From an uncultured Sphingomonadaceae bacterium (GTDB taxonomy: Bacteria > Pseudomonadota > Alphaproteobacteria > Sphingomonadales > Sphingomonadaceae), in NCBI GenBank assembly GCA_947493215.1, contig CANLQE010000001.1, positions 1,611,404 through 1,675,403 on the forward strand: a DNA stretch of 64,000 nucleotides, in the 5' to 3' direction. Shown in pieces: positions 18,897 to 31,340 of the stretch (positions are counted from its first letter, which is position 1; each line of letters opens with the position of its first letter). The notes beneath the pieces were generated by a model. It made no database searches. It was not told where the DNA came from and was given only the letters and a program-made list of their open reading frames with translations. A program made the position numbers and the translations under genes.

Positions 18897-21113
18897 ATGC
18901 GTATCACCGGTATTTTCGCGCTGGCGCTTGCTAGCAGCACAGCGATTACTTCCATTCCAGCCTTGGCTCAAACCGATGCAACAGCGAAAGATAACGCTTT
19001 GACTTATCCTGAAACAAAAACCGTAGACGTGGTGGACGAGCAATTTGGCGAAAAAATTGCTGATCCGTATCGCTGGCTAGAAAATGACGTCCGGGAAGAT
19101 GCCGATGTCGCCGCGTGGGTAGATGCACAAAATGCGGTGACCGATGGTTATTTGGAACAGCTGAAGGGCCGCGAAGCGCTAGCCTCGTCGATGACCAAGC
19201 TGTTCGACTATGACGCGCTGGGTGTGCCCGTTGAAGCAGGCGGGAAATATTTCTACGAGCGTAAGAGCGGCGGTGAGAATCAGGCAATACTATATGTGCG
19301 GGATGGCGCTGATGGTGAAGAACGCATGCTTATCGATCCGGCTGAATGGTCAGACGATGGCGCAACTGCGCTGGCAGAATGGAAACCATCGGAAGATGGC
19401 AGTTTGCTGGCCTATGCGATCCAGGACGGTGGGTCGGACTGGCGCACGGTGAAGGTGATGGATGTCACGACTGGTGAAGAAAAGCCGGACACTGTTGAGT
19501 GGGTTAAATTTTCCAACCTTGCTTGGATGCCAGAAAATAGCGGTTTTCTCTATTCCCGATTTCCAGAACCGAAAGAGGGCGCCGCTTTTCAGTCACTGAA
19601 CAAAGATCACACAATCTATATGCATGTGCTTGGGCAAGCGCAGGCCAAAGATATCAAGGTCTATGCAACGCCCGACCAGCCTGAACTCAACCATGTTGCA
19701 GAGGTGACATCGGACAAGGAATGGGTGGTTATCACTTCCTCGTCGGGGACCGATGATCGCTATGAGATGACATTGGTCAAGGTTGATGCCCCCGAGCTGA
19801 CGACGCGCTCGCTGGTTGAGGGTTTTGACCATAGCTGGTCGCTTATCGACGGTATTGGCGATACCCTTTACTTTGCCACCAATCAGGACGCTAAGCGATT
19901 ACGGATTGTGAAAACCGATCTATCAAAGCCGGAAAACCGTGATGTCATGTGTGATGGGCCGGATTCTGCCACAACCACTTGCGGAGAAGACGTGTATGTC
20001 TTTAGCGAAGTGGTTCCTGAACATACCGCCACCATAGATAGCGCCGCTGTTATCGGTGATATGCTGGTTGTCGATTATATTGATGACGCGAAAAGCCGGC
20101 TAGAGGCCTTCGCCTTGGATGGAACACCCAAAGGTGTTGTTGATCTTCCCGGCCTAGGCACCGTCGGCGGTATTCGTGGTTCGGCGAAGTCCGATAAAGG
20201 CTATTTCGCCTTTGGTAGCTTTAACCAGCCCAACAGCATTTACAGTTTTACCGATACGGGTAAGCCGGCCATCTGGGCTGAGCCGGACCTGCCTTTTGAC
20301 CCTGCTTCTATCGCCGTCACGCAGCGCTTTTACGAGAGTAAGGACGGCACGAAAATCCCGCTCTTTCTGGTGCACAAGAAAGACCTTGATCTAAGCGCGG
20401 GTGCACCGACCTTGCTCTACGGCTATGGCGGCTTCAATATCTCGGTCCTCCCAATGTATAGCGCGCCCAAAATGGCGTGGATCGAAGCAGGCGGTGTTTA
20501 TGCTTCTGCCAATCTGCGTGGTGGTGGTGAATATGGCAAAGAGTGGCATGATGGCGGCCGTTTGCAGAACAAACAGAATGTGTTTGATGATTTCATCGCC
20601 GCTGGTGAATATCTGATCGCCGAAGGCATTACGCCGAAAGACGGACTGGCGATTGAAGGACGCTCCAATGGCGGCCTGCTCGTAGGTGCCGTCATGAACC
20701 AGCGCCCCGACCTGTTCACCACCGGTCATGCAGCGGTGGGCGTGATGGACATGTTGCGTTTCGACCGGTTTACCGCTGGGCGCTATTGGGTCGATGATTA
20801 CGGCTATCCGAACAAGCAAGCGGATTTCCGGAAGCTCCTGACCTATTCGCCTTATCACAATATCAAAGATGGCACGGATTATCCGGCATTGATGGTTTCA
20901 ACCGCGGATACCGATGATCGCGTGGTGCCCGGTCACAGCTTCAAATATACCGCACGCCTTCAGGCGCTAAACACTGGTGAGAAGCCGCACCTGATCCGTA
21001 TCGAAACGCGGGCAGGGCATGGCAGCGGAAAGCCGACCGATAAGTTGATTGAGGAATATTCCGATATTTACGGATTTATGGCGGATGCCGTGGGCTTGAC
21101 GATTGCCGACTAG
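18897..21113 (+). CDS. Prolyl oligopeptidase family serine peptidase (S9A), secreted
   Basis: ATG 18897 gives the signal peptide MRITGIFALALASSTAITSIPALAQ. The track TTG start at 18855 lies inside the rplQ terminator. ...DPYRWLEN... and the catalytic GRSNGGLL motif are present. Confidence 0.9.
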   Translation: MRITGIFALALASSTAITSIPALAQTDATAKDNALTYPETKTVDVVDEQFGEKIADPYRWLENDVREDADVAAWVDAQNAVTDGYLEQLKGREALASSMTKLFDYDALGVPVEAGGKYFYERKSGGENQAILYVRDGADGEERMLIDPAEWSDDGATALAEWKPSEDGSLLAYAIQDGGSDWRTVKVMDVTTGEEKPDTVEWVKFSNLAWMPENSGFLYSRFPEPKEGAAFQSLNKDHTIYMHVLGQAQAKDIKVYATPDQPELNHVAEVTSDKEWVVITSSSGTDDRYEMTLVKVDAPELTTRSLVEGFDHSWSLIDGIGDTLYFATNQDAKRLRIVKTDLSKPENRDVMCDGPDSATTTCGEDVYVFSEVVPEHTATIDSAAVIGDMLVVDYIDDAKSRLEAFALDGTPKGVVDLPGLGTVGGIRGSAKSDKGYFAFGSFNQPNSIYSFTDTGKPAIWAEPDLPFDPASIAVTQRFYESKDGTKIPLFLVHKKDLDLSAGAPTLLYGYGGFNISVLPMYSAPKMAWIEAGGVYASANLRGGGEYGKEWHDGGRLQNKQNVFDDFIAAGEYLIAEGITPKDGLAIEGRSNGGLLVGAVMNQRPDLFTTGHAAVGVMDMLRFDRFTAGRYWVDDYGYPNKQADFRKLLTYSPYHNIKDGTDYPALMVSTADTDDRVVPGHSFKYTARLQALNTGEKPHLIRIETRAGHGSGKPTDKLIEEYSDIYGFMADAVGLTIAD

Positions 21114-21137
21114 CTTTCGCTAGCCGGCATCAATCAG

Positions 21138-23678
<2,541 letters not shown>

Positions 23679-23841
23679 TTAGACCTTCGGGGCTTGAAAC
23701 CCAAGAGCTTTGTTGGAAAACTGGATATTATATCCTTTGTTTTATAGATAGTTAGGCTGATTTGGTTGTGGGCTATGCATAGCGCTGGTTTTCGCTGGTT
23801 AAATGGTGCCCTAGACCCTGATTTCAAGAGGAGAATAGCTC

Positions 23842-24243
23842 ATGAGTAACCCCGCAGATATTGTGCCCTTTGCCAAGACAATGGGAATCAAAGTCACCGA
23901 AATGACGAAGGACAAAATCCTTGGTGAAATGCTGGTGCGACCAGACATCTGTACCGCCGGCAATGGCCGTGGAACGCCGTCCATACATGGCGGCGCAGTG
24001 ATGACGTTTGCCGATGTATTAGGTGCCTTTGGCGGGTTCGCGAACCTACCAGAGGGGGCAAATGGGACAACTACATCTGAAAGTAAAACCAATTTCTTGC
24101 ATGCCGCGGCGGAGGGGCAAATCGTCTATGGCGAAGCGGTACCGCTTAAGGTCGGCAAAAGGCAATCGGTCTGGCAAACACGGATAACTCTGGAAGACGG
24201 AACATTGGTGGCCGTAGTCACCCAGACTCAAATTGTGCTCTGA
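23842..24243 (+). CDS. PaaI-family hotdog-fold thioesterase
   Basis: 133 aa. ...IHGGAVMTFADVLGAFG... fits the PaaI/4HBT pattern. GAGGAG lies upstream. Confidence 0.75.
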   Translation: MSNPADIVPFAKTMGIKVTEMTKDKILGEMLVRPDICTAGNGRGTPSIHGGAVMTFADVLGAFGGFANLPEGANGTTTSESKTNFLHAAAEGQIVYGEAVPLKVGKRQSVWQTRITLEDGTLVAVVTQTQIVL

Positions 24244-24299
24244 ACCAATTGATTATTCGAATCATTCCAAAAGTATGTAACATGGTCTAGACCATCAAT

Positions 24300-24794
24300 A
24301 TGATGAGAACCCTGATCCCTGTTGCGTTGATTTGTTTTGCCACCATTGCGTGCTCCGAAACCACCCAAGTTAGCGATGATTTGCCGGAAAGCCGCTCTGA
24401 CGTCGACAATCCGACCGGCCGGACCGCGCGGGTGAATTCAAATCCCGATGAGCGGCCTGTGCGGATAGGTGAGGGCGGCCCGCGCTTTGACGCGTGTCAG
24501 GCCGTCGGTAAGGTGGCGGACTTAAGGAGCGCCAAGCTTAGCGTCCGTATTGCACCGTTTGATAGTGCAAAAGAGAAGGAAAGCCTGTCGGAAGGGCAGA
24601 TAGTCTTCGTCTGCACGCGCAGTCATGATCAACAATGGTTGGGTATTGTCTATGACAATGCCGCTATACCCGACGCTGAATCTGGATCAGTGGATTGCGG
24701 CGTATCGTCTCCAGTCCGATCCAAGCGCAATTATGACGGCCCTTGTAAAAGCGGCTGGGTAGAGAGCACTTTCGTTAAACTGGTGGCTGGTTAG
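24300..24794 (+). CDS. Hypothetical secreted protein or putative lipoprotein
   Basis: 164 aa with N-terminal hydrophobic segment ...ALICFATIACSE. I recognise no family. Confidence 0.5.
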   Translation: MMRTLIPVALICFATIACSETTQVSDDLPESRSDVDNPTGRTARVNSNPDERPVRIGEGGPRFDACQAVGKVADLRSAKLSVRIAPFDSAKEKESLSEGQIVFVCTRSHDQQWLGIVYDNAAIPDAESGSVDCGVSSPVRSKRNYDGPCKSGWVESTFVKLVAG

Positions 24795-24920
24795 TCCTTC
24801 AGCATTTGCTCTGTGCCGCGTGCAGGAGAAGTATGTCTCGTCTTGATGGGGAAGCATCTAGACGAAGCGAGTTGAGGGTGCGATGGTCTATGGCTAACCT
24901 TACAACAGGAAAGCCGCTAA

Positions 24921-26498
24921 ATGACCTTCGATCCCGTCGCCTATCTTGAGCAACCATTTGGCCATCTCGCAGATTTAATCAACGCCCATGCCGCCAATCA
25001 GCCCGGCCGTGTTGCATTGGATGATGGCGCAGAGAGTCTGACTTGGGCGGAGACGGCGGCACTTGTCCGTCGCGTTGCAGCGCAGCTTCAGGCAGATGGT
25101 CTAAAAAAAGGGCAGGCAGTTTCAATCCTTGGGACGACGACGATTCGCTATGCAATCGCTTATCTTGGCGCGATTGTCGCCGGCGGTTGTGCCGCACCGC
25201 TGACCACTTCTGCAACGCCGAAGCAGCTTGCCAATATGATGGTCGACAGTGGGGCTATGCACTTGTTCGTCGATAGCGCAAAGCGCGCTGAATTGTTTGA
25301 GAGCGGCGTCGATTTGCCTCCCCTTCAACATATCATGATGGACGATGCGGCAGAAGAGCAGGCGCCTGCGATGCGCGAATGGATGGCCGAAGAGGGGGTA
25401 GAACCAAAAGACCTCGAAGTCGGCTCGAAAGATCCGTTTAACATTATCTATTCCAGCGGTACGACTGGCACGCCCAAGGGCATTGTCCACAGCCGCCAGA
25501 TGCGTTGGTATCAAATGGCCGTGGGTGAAAACTCCGGCTATGGTCAGCCGGGTCAGGTGTCGCTGTTCTCTACCCCGCTTTATTCCAACACGACGCTCGG
25601 TATATTTGTCGCGACCGTAGCCTATGGCGGAACCTCCATCCTCATGCGCAAATTTGATTGCCAGCGCTGGCTGGAGCTGGCGCAGGAAAACCGCGCCACT
25701 CACACGATGTTGGTTCCCGTGCAATATCAAAGATTGATGGATTTCGACGGCTTTGACGATTATGATCTTTCGACTTTTACGCATAAATATTGCACCAGTG
25801 CGCCGTTCTCGGCGGAACTGAAAGCGGAAGTCATCGAACGTATGCCGGGCGGTTTGATCGAGATTTACTCCATGACTGAAGGCGGCGTGGTCTGCATTTT
25901 GCTGGCGCATGCGCATCCGGACAAACTACATACCGTCGGAATCGCTTGGGGTGGCAGCGAAGTAATTACCGTGGACGAAGATTTGAACCACCTGCCATCT
26001 GGCGAAATGGGCGAGCTGGTAGGGCGATCGCAGACCATGATGAGCGGCTATCAGAACCAGCCTGAAAAAACCGAAGAAGCCAGCTGGTATGATGACAATG
26101 GCGATCGCTGGCAGCGCATGGGCGACATTGGCAAGGTCGATGAAGATGGTTTCATTACATTGATGGGCCGCTCCAAGGATATGATTATTTCCGGCGGGTT
26201 CAATATCTATCCTCGTGATCTGGAAGAGGCGTTGATGGCTCACCCCGATGTTGCCGATGCAGCGGTTGTTGGCATTGCATCCAAGCAATGGGGAGAAACA
26301 CCTGTCGGTTTTGTAGTTGCCGAAGAGGGCGTATCGTTGGACCTTGAAGCCGTGAAAGCGACAACCAATGCAGAACTGGGTAAGACACAGCGTCTGTCCG
26401 AACTGCACCTGATCAAAGAACTGCCCCGCAGTCATATTGGCAAAATTCTGAAAACCGAATTGCGAAATATCGCCGATGCGGAAAAGCTCTCTCTTTAA
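24921..26498 (+). CDS. AMP-dependent acyl-CoA synthetase/ligase
   Basis: 525 aa with the AMP-binding signature IIYSSGTTGTPKG and downstream ...GDIGKVDEDGFITLMGRSKDMIISGGFNIYP... Confidence 0.9.
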   Translation: MTFDPVAYLEQPFGHLADLINAHAANQPGRVALDDGAESLTWAETAALVRRVAAQLQADGLKKGQAVSILGTTTIRYAIAYLGAIVAGGCAAPLTTSATPKQLANMMVDSGAMHLFVDSAKRAELFESGVDLPPLQHIMMDDAAEEQAPAMREWMAEEGVEPKDLEVGSKDPFNIIYSSGTTGTPKGIVHSRQMRWYQMAVGENSGYGQPGQVSLFSTPLYSNTTLGIFVATVAYGGTSILMRKFDCQRWLELAQENRATHTMLVPVQYQRLMDFDGFDDYDLSTFTHKYCTSAPFSAELKAEVIERMPGGLIEIYSMTEGGVVCILLAHAHPDKLHTVGIAWGGSEVITVDEDLNHLPSGEMGELVGRSQTMMSGYQNQPEKTEEASWYDDNGDRWQRMGDIGKVDEDGFITLMGRSKDMIISGGFNIYPRDLEEALMAHPDVADAAVVGIASKQWGETPVGFVVAEEGVSLDLEAVKATTNAELGKTQRLSELHLIKELPRSHIGKILKTELRNIADAEKLSL

Positions 26499-26657
26499 AA
26501 GATTGGGAACTGCCAGAGGTGCATCGTGAAGCGGTTCTACCGGGACGGGCATTAACCCTATTTCTAAAGGCTCTGTTGTCGATATTGATTACATTTGTGA
26601 TATAGTTAACATTAGTTTAATCATTTAAATATCTGAAATACATAACATTTTGAAAAA

Positions 26658-26673
26658 CGGCACGAGGTCTGCG
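26658..26673 (+). promoter_or_regulatory. Sigma-54 (-24/-12) promoter candidate upstream of the PEP-CTERM gene
   Basis: cGGCACGaggtcTGCg compared with the consensus TGGCACG-N4-TTGCW. GG and GC are spaced exactly 10 nt apart. It lies about 100 nt upstream of ATG 26772 and just downstream of a strongly AT-rich stretch of about 100 nt. Confidence 0.4.
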
Positions 26674-26771
26674 TCTAAAGTTCGCAAGCGGTTTTCAGAT
26701 GCTTAAGGATTAACCTTGAACGTCCTGGAACCGATTGATGAAATATTTAGAAAAATAGGGCAGCTAACCTC

Positions 26772-27458
26772 ATGCGCAAAATTTCCATAGTAACATTGAC
26801 CGCCATTGGTCTCGCCGCCGCTTACGCGACACCAGCATCTGCGGGGGTTATTGACTATGCTGCAACCAACTATACCGGCGGTTCTTGTAAGCATGGGCTC
26901 TATACTGGAAACATCGGCAGTGGCTGTACCCGCAAATATGCGTTTCAGGACGGCACAACGTTCAGCCAAGACACTGATGCTCAGACCGCTACGCTGACTG
27001 GCACCGCCATTAACGGCGCTGGCCAGGTCGCTACATTGGACTTGAGCTTCAGCAATTTCCTTGAAAGCATAGATGGTACCAGCTTTGACTATAAAAATGG
27101 CGGCGGCAATTTCAATCCCGTCACCGATACACCGGACATTGATTTTTTCACCAATGGATCGGGCACAATTAGTATTGATGGCGCGGTTTACACGGTGAAC
27201 CCCAATGATCCTTTTGCCGGCAATACGACGCTGCAATTTGGTAATGGCGGGAATGATAAGAACAAAAAATTCGGCGGTTCTGCTTGGTTGAATATCCTCA
27301 ACCCTAATGGCCATGCCGTTAAGCACTGGGATATCAACTTCAACCTCGACAAAATTGCGTCTGAAGTACCTGAGCCCGGGGTTTTGGGTATTATGGGACT
27401 TGCCGTGGGCGGACTTTGGGCCGGTACACGCCGTCGCCGGGAAAAACTCGCTGCATAA
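26772..27458 (+). CDS. PEP-CTERM sorting-domain secreted protein
   Basis: N-terminal signal peptide (…AAAYATPASA). C-terminal VPEPGVLGIMGLAVGGLWAGTRRRRE has the PEP motif, a TM helix and an Arg cluster. Confidence 0.85.
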   Translation: MRKISIVTLTAIGLAAAYATPASAGVIDYAATNYTGGSCKHGLYTGNIGSGCTRKYAFQDGTTFSQDTDAQTATLTGTAINGAGQVATLDLSFSNFLESIDGTSFDYKNGGGNFNPVTDTPDIDFFTNGSGTISIDGAVYTVNPNDPFAGNTTLQFGNGGNDKNKKFGGSAWLNILNPNGHAVKHWDINFNLDKIASEVPEPGVLGIMGLAVGGLWAGTRRRREKLAA

Positions 27459-27484
27459 GCAATTAATCTAATCAGAATATTGGA

Positions 27485-27519
27485 ACCGGGCGAGCTCAAT
27501 ATCGCTCGGTTTCTTTTTT
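27485..27519 (+). terminator. Rho-independent terminator after the PEP-CTERM gene
   Basis: ACCGGGCGA, 8-nt loop, TCGCTCGGT (one G-U pair), followed by TTCTTTTTT. Confidence 0.7.
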
Positions 27520-27590
27520 GCCTTAAATAGGCTGATACAAGTTGCGCCCGATTAGGTATTTTTAAAGGCCTTCTCCCTTATCTACAGCCT

Positions 27591-29237
27591 ATGATTTCTG
27601 CGCACAAATCCATAACAGTGGTCCCTCTTCTGGCTCTCGCTCTGATGCTGGGCGCTTGCTCGACCGATACCAGTGATCCGATGGTTCAGGCTCAGTCCGC
27701 TTTTGCCGAAAATGATTATCGTAGCGTACGTATACATCTGATGTCGGCACTGAAGGATAATGGCGCGGATCCGGTCGCCAATCTGCTATATGGTAAGACC
27801 CTGCTGCAGCTTGGTGATGGCGTCGCGGCAGAAGCGGCCCTCAAAAAATTGTCCGGAAACAAAGCATATGAAGCAGAAATTCAAGGCTTGATGGCGCATG
27901 CGTTGTTGTTGCGAAATATGCCACAACGCGCACTGGAAATGGTCCAAAATGCCGATCCAAAGCATGCTAAACTGGCCTATTGGGTTAAGGCCCAGGCGCT
28001 GTTGCAGCTTGAGCGCGAAGATGAGGCTGTCACCGCACTCGCCGATGGGCTGGCCGCGGCACCCAATGATCCCGAATTATTGGCGTTGCGCGGTAATTAT
28101 GAAATTGATCAGCGCAATATTAGCGAGGCCCGGCGGACGGTGGCGCTGGCGCTCAGACATGGTCCCGACAATCTTGATGCCCTGCTGCTATCCGGCCAAT
28201 TAGCGCTGATGCGTCAAGATTTACCGGCGGCGAAGGTGATGTTTGACAAAGCGCTCAAACTCTATCCCGACAGCATCACCCCGCTTTTTTCCGTTGCTGC
28301 CGTTAATGCGGACCTGGGAAATCAAAAGCAGGCAAAAGTAGATTTGAAGCGCATTTTGGAACTGGCTCCCGGTCATCCTATGGCGCTTTTCCTGATGGCG
28401 AAAATCGCTTTCAACGATGGCGATATCGACCGCGCCCATGAGTTGGTTCAGGGGGCAGGCGAGATATTGAACGATGTCCCCGGGGCCATTCTATTGCGTG
28501 GCGAAATTGCCTATTTGCAAGGCAATCATGAGCAGGCGATTGACTGGTTGCGAAAATTTCTGACTGATCGGCCCGGCCATGTGCAGGGAATTACGGTACT
28601 GGGTCACGCTTTGACAGCGGCTGGTGATGAGGCACAAGCCTACGCGCTCGTCAAACCAGCGGCTGATCGCGCCACGGCGACCCCGCAATTATTGGCGCTG
28701 GCTGCAAAACTGGGGAAGGCGCAAGATGATCCGCTGGCAGCCAGTTTTGGCAAGCGCGCTGAAGCGGCCGTCGGTAGGGATGATATCGCGTTGAAAATGA
28801 CCGAAGCGGGGCAGGCAATCGCAGCCAAGCAATGGGCCAAAGCCGACTCCATTTACGCCGATTTGCGGGCCTCCGGCCTTGATCGCAATGCCATTATAAT
28901 GAACAATAGCGCGCTGGTGCAATTGGAACTCGGGAATAAGGCTGAGGCTGTGACCTTCGCTCGCGCTGCGATGGCGCTAACCCCTAGTGATCCCAACGTG
29001 CTCGATACGCTGGGCTGGACCCTGTTGCAGTCCGGGCAAGACAAGGCTGAAGCCCTGAAACTGCTGCGGCAGGCTTCGTCCGGAGCGCCGGGCAATCTGG
29101 AAATTCGATGGCATCTGGCCAATGCGCTAGCCGCCAATGGGCAAGCAGCCGAAGCCAAGCGGGTGATTTCCAGCCTGAAAGCCTTTGCTAGTGTCGATCA
29201 ACAAGCACAGATCGACAAGCTACTCGCCCGGCTTTAA
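27591..29237 (+). CDS. Tetratricopeptide-repeat lipoprotein
   Basis: 548 aa. Lipobox LMLGAC. Repeated TPR-like A/L-rich helices throughout. Confidence 0.75.
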   Translation: MISAHKSITVVPLLALALMLGACSTDTSDPMVQAQSAFAENDYRSVRIHLMSALKDNGADPVANLLYGKTLLQLGDGVAAEAALKKLSGNKAYEAEIQGLMAHALLLRNMPQRALEMVQNADPKHAKLAYWVKAQALLQLEREDEAVTALADGLAAAPNDPELLALRGNYEIDQRNISEARRTVALALRHGPDNLDALLLSGQLALMRQDLPAAKVMFDKALKLYPDSITPLFSVAAVNADLGNQKQAKVDLKRILELAPGHPMALFLMAKIAFNDGDIDRAHELVQGAGEILNDVPGAILLRGEIAYLQGNHEQAIDWLRKFLTDRPGHVQGITVLGHALTAAGDEAQAYALVKPAADRATATPQLLALAAKLGKAQDDPLAASFGKRAEAAVGRDDIALKMTEAGQAIAAKQWAKADSIYADLRASGLDRNAIIMNNSALVQLELGNKAEAVTFARAAMALTPSDPNVLDTLGWTLLQSGQDKAEALKLLRQASSGAPGNLEIRWHLANALAANGQAAEAKRVISSLKAFASVDQQAQIDKLLARL

Positions 29238-29309
29238 GTTTTGGCACAAACTTCATAATCCGCTCTACAATCTATAGACTCTTTCCCCGCGTCAGATTAA
29301 GCGCATCCC

Positions 29310-30869
29310 ATGTCTATAGCTCATGAAGAAACCATCCTGATCGTCGATTTCGGCTCTCAGGTCACGCAGCTTATCGCCCGCCGGGTCCGTGAAGCGGGGG
29401 TCTATTCAGAAATAGCCCCGTTTAACAACGCCGAAGCGGCCTTTGAGCGATTGAAACCCAAAGGGATTATCCTCTCCGGTGGTCCATCCAGCGTTACGGA
29501 TGATGGCAGCCCGCGCATTCCGCAGGCGTTTCTCGATGCGGATATTCCGGTACTCGGCATTTGCTATGGCCAACAGGTTATGACCACGCAATTGGGCGGT
29601 CAGGTTGAAGGCGGCGAGGGCGGTGAATTTGGCCGTGCCTTTATCGAAATCGCCGAAAGCTGTGTGCTGTTCGACGGCCTCTGGAAAGTCGGCGAAAAGC
29701 ACCAAGTTTGGATGAGCCACGGCGACAAGGTCACCGAATTTGCCCCCGGCTTTCGCATCGTCGCGACCACCGAAGGCGCGCCGTTCGCAATTATTGCGGA
29801 TGATGAGAAACGCTTTTACGGTATGCAGTTCCATCCCGAAGTTGTGCACACGCCCGATGGCGGCAAACTGATCGCCAATTTTGTCCGCCACGTCTGCGGC
29901 TGCGCCGGCGACTGGTCGATGGCAGAATTTAAGGCGGCCAAGGTCAAGGAAATTCGCGAGCAAGTCGGCGACGGCAAAGTTATTTGCGGCTTGTCTGGCG
30001 GCGTCGACAGCGCGGTTGCGGCGGTATTGATTCACGAAGCCATTGGCGAGCAGCTAACCTGCGTGTTTGTCGATCACGGTTTGATGCGGATGGGTGAGGC
30101 CGATCAGGTGGTCAGCCTGTTCAAGGGCCATTATAATATTCCGCTTGTGCATCTGGATGTCGAGACATTGTTCTTGAACGGCCTGAAAGGCGAGACGGAC
30201 CCGGAGAAGAAGCGCAAGTTTATTGGCAAGACCTTTATCGATGTCTTTGAGATTGAAGCGAAAAAAGTCGGCGGAGCGGATTTTCTCGCCCAAGGCACGC
30301 TCTATCCCGATGTGATTGAGAGCGTCAGCTTTACCGGTGGTCCCAGCGTCACCATCAAATCGCACCATAATGTCGGCGGTCTGCCCGAGCGCATGAATAT
30401 GCAGCTGGTCGAGCCCTTGCGCGAATTGTTCAAGGATGAAGTTCGCGCATTGGGCCGGGAACTCGGTCTGCCGGAAATATTCGTCGGCCGCCATCCGTTC
30501 CCCGGACCGGGTCTAGCGATCCGTATTCCTGGCGAAGTGACCAAAGACCGCTGCGACATTTTGCGCAAAGCCGATGCTATCTACCTGGAAGAGATCAGAA
30601 ATGCCGGATTATATGATGCGATCTGGCAAGCCTTCGCAGTGCTGCTTCCCGTCAAAACCGTGGGCGTGATGGGCGATCAGCGCACCTATGACAATGTCTG
30701 CGGCCTGCGCGCGGTGACCAGCACCGACGGTATGACGGCTGACGTCTATCCCTTTGACGCAAGCTTCCTGACGCGGGTTTCGACGCGGATTGTGAATGAG
30801 GTGAAGGGGATTAACCGGGTGGTTTATGATTATACCTCGAAACCGCCGGGAACTATTGAGTGGGAGTGA
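29310..30869 (+). CDS. guaA: GMP synthase (glutamine-hydrolysing)
   Basis: 519 aa. ...[20 protein letters not shown]...GICYGQQ...[12 protein letters not shown]...PPGTIEWE C-terminus. Confidence 0.98.
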   Translation: MSIAHEETILIVDFGSQVTQLIARRVREAGVYSEIAPFNNAEAAFERLKPKGIILSGGPSSVTDDGSPRIPQAFLDADIPVLGICYGQQVMTTQLGGQVEGGEGGEFGRAFIEIAESCVLFDGLWKVGEKHQVWMSHGDKVTEFAPGFRIVATTEGAPFAIIADDEKRFYGMQFHPEVVHTPDGGKLIANFVRHVCGCAGDWSMAEFKAAKVKEIREQVGDGKVICGLSGGVDSAVAAVLIHEAIGEQLTCVFVDHGLMRMGEADQVVSLFKGHYNIPLVHLDVETLFLNGLKGETDPEKKRKFIGKTFIDVFEIEAKKVGGADFLAQGTLYPDVIESVSFTGGPSVTIKSHHNVGGLPERMNMQLVEPLRELFKDEVRALGRELGLPEIFVGRHPFPGPGLAIRIPGEVTKDRCDILRKADAIYLEEIRNAGLYDAIWQAFAVLLPVKTVGVMGDQRTYDNVCGLRAVTSTDGMTADVYPFDASFLTRVSTRIVNEVKGINRVVYDYTSKPPGTIEWE

Positions 30870-31275
30870 GGGCATTTTAAAGGGAAGCTGTCTTTGTGGA
30901 TCAGTAAGATATGAGGCCGATTGCGACGCAGGGCCGATCATTCACTGTCACTGTCAAACTTGTCGAAAAGCCCACAGCGCTGCCTTTTCTAGTGTCATGC
31001 CCATATCACAAAAATCCTTCAAATGGGTTGATGGGTCAGAGTTGTTGAACTCCTTTGAATCATCGTCAGGGAAAAACCGATATTTCTGCTCAACTTGTGG
31101 ATCGCAGCTTATCGCCGAACGACCGGATGTCGGCCTTGTTCTGTTAAGAATGGGGTGTTTGGACACAAAAGTAACCGACAGACCGGATGCACATATTTGG
31201 CGATCTGACGCTGCGCCTTGGTACAATCCGGATGATGAAATCCGCCAACTACCTGAAGGCTATTTGAAGCCGTGA
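30826..31275 (+). CDS. GFA-family (glutathione-dependent formaldehyde-activating/CENP-V-like) protein
   Basis: ...[12 protein letters not shown]...[15 protein letters not shown]...CSTCGS... Cys pattern. ATG 30826 overlaps guaA by 44 nt, and TTG 30856 is a plausible alternative start. Confidence 0.75.
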   Translation: MIIPRNRRELLSGSEGILKGSCLCGSVRYEADCDAGPIIHCHCQTCRKAHSAAFSSVMPISQKSFKWVDGSELLNSFESSSGKNRYFCSTCGSQLIAERPDVGLVLLRMGCLDTKVTDRPDAHIWRSDAAPWYNPDDEIRQLPEGYLKP

Positions 31276-31340
31276 TGGGATTTCTGGACCAAGGCCGGGA
31301 TGACAAGTAGGAATAAAAATTGAAAACGGGAACCCGATAA

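Noticed and set aside
26772-29237. PEP-CTERM protein plus TPR lipoprotein, considered as a complete exosortase system.
   Set aside because: No exosortase, polysaccharide synthesis gene or PrsK/PrsR gene is present in the window. A terminator separates the two genes. Only the isolated cargo and TPR observation is reported.
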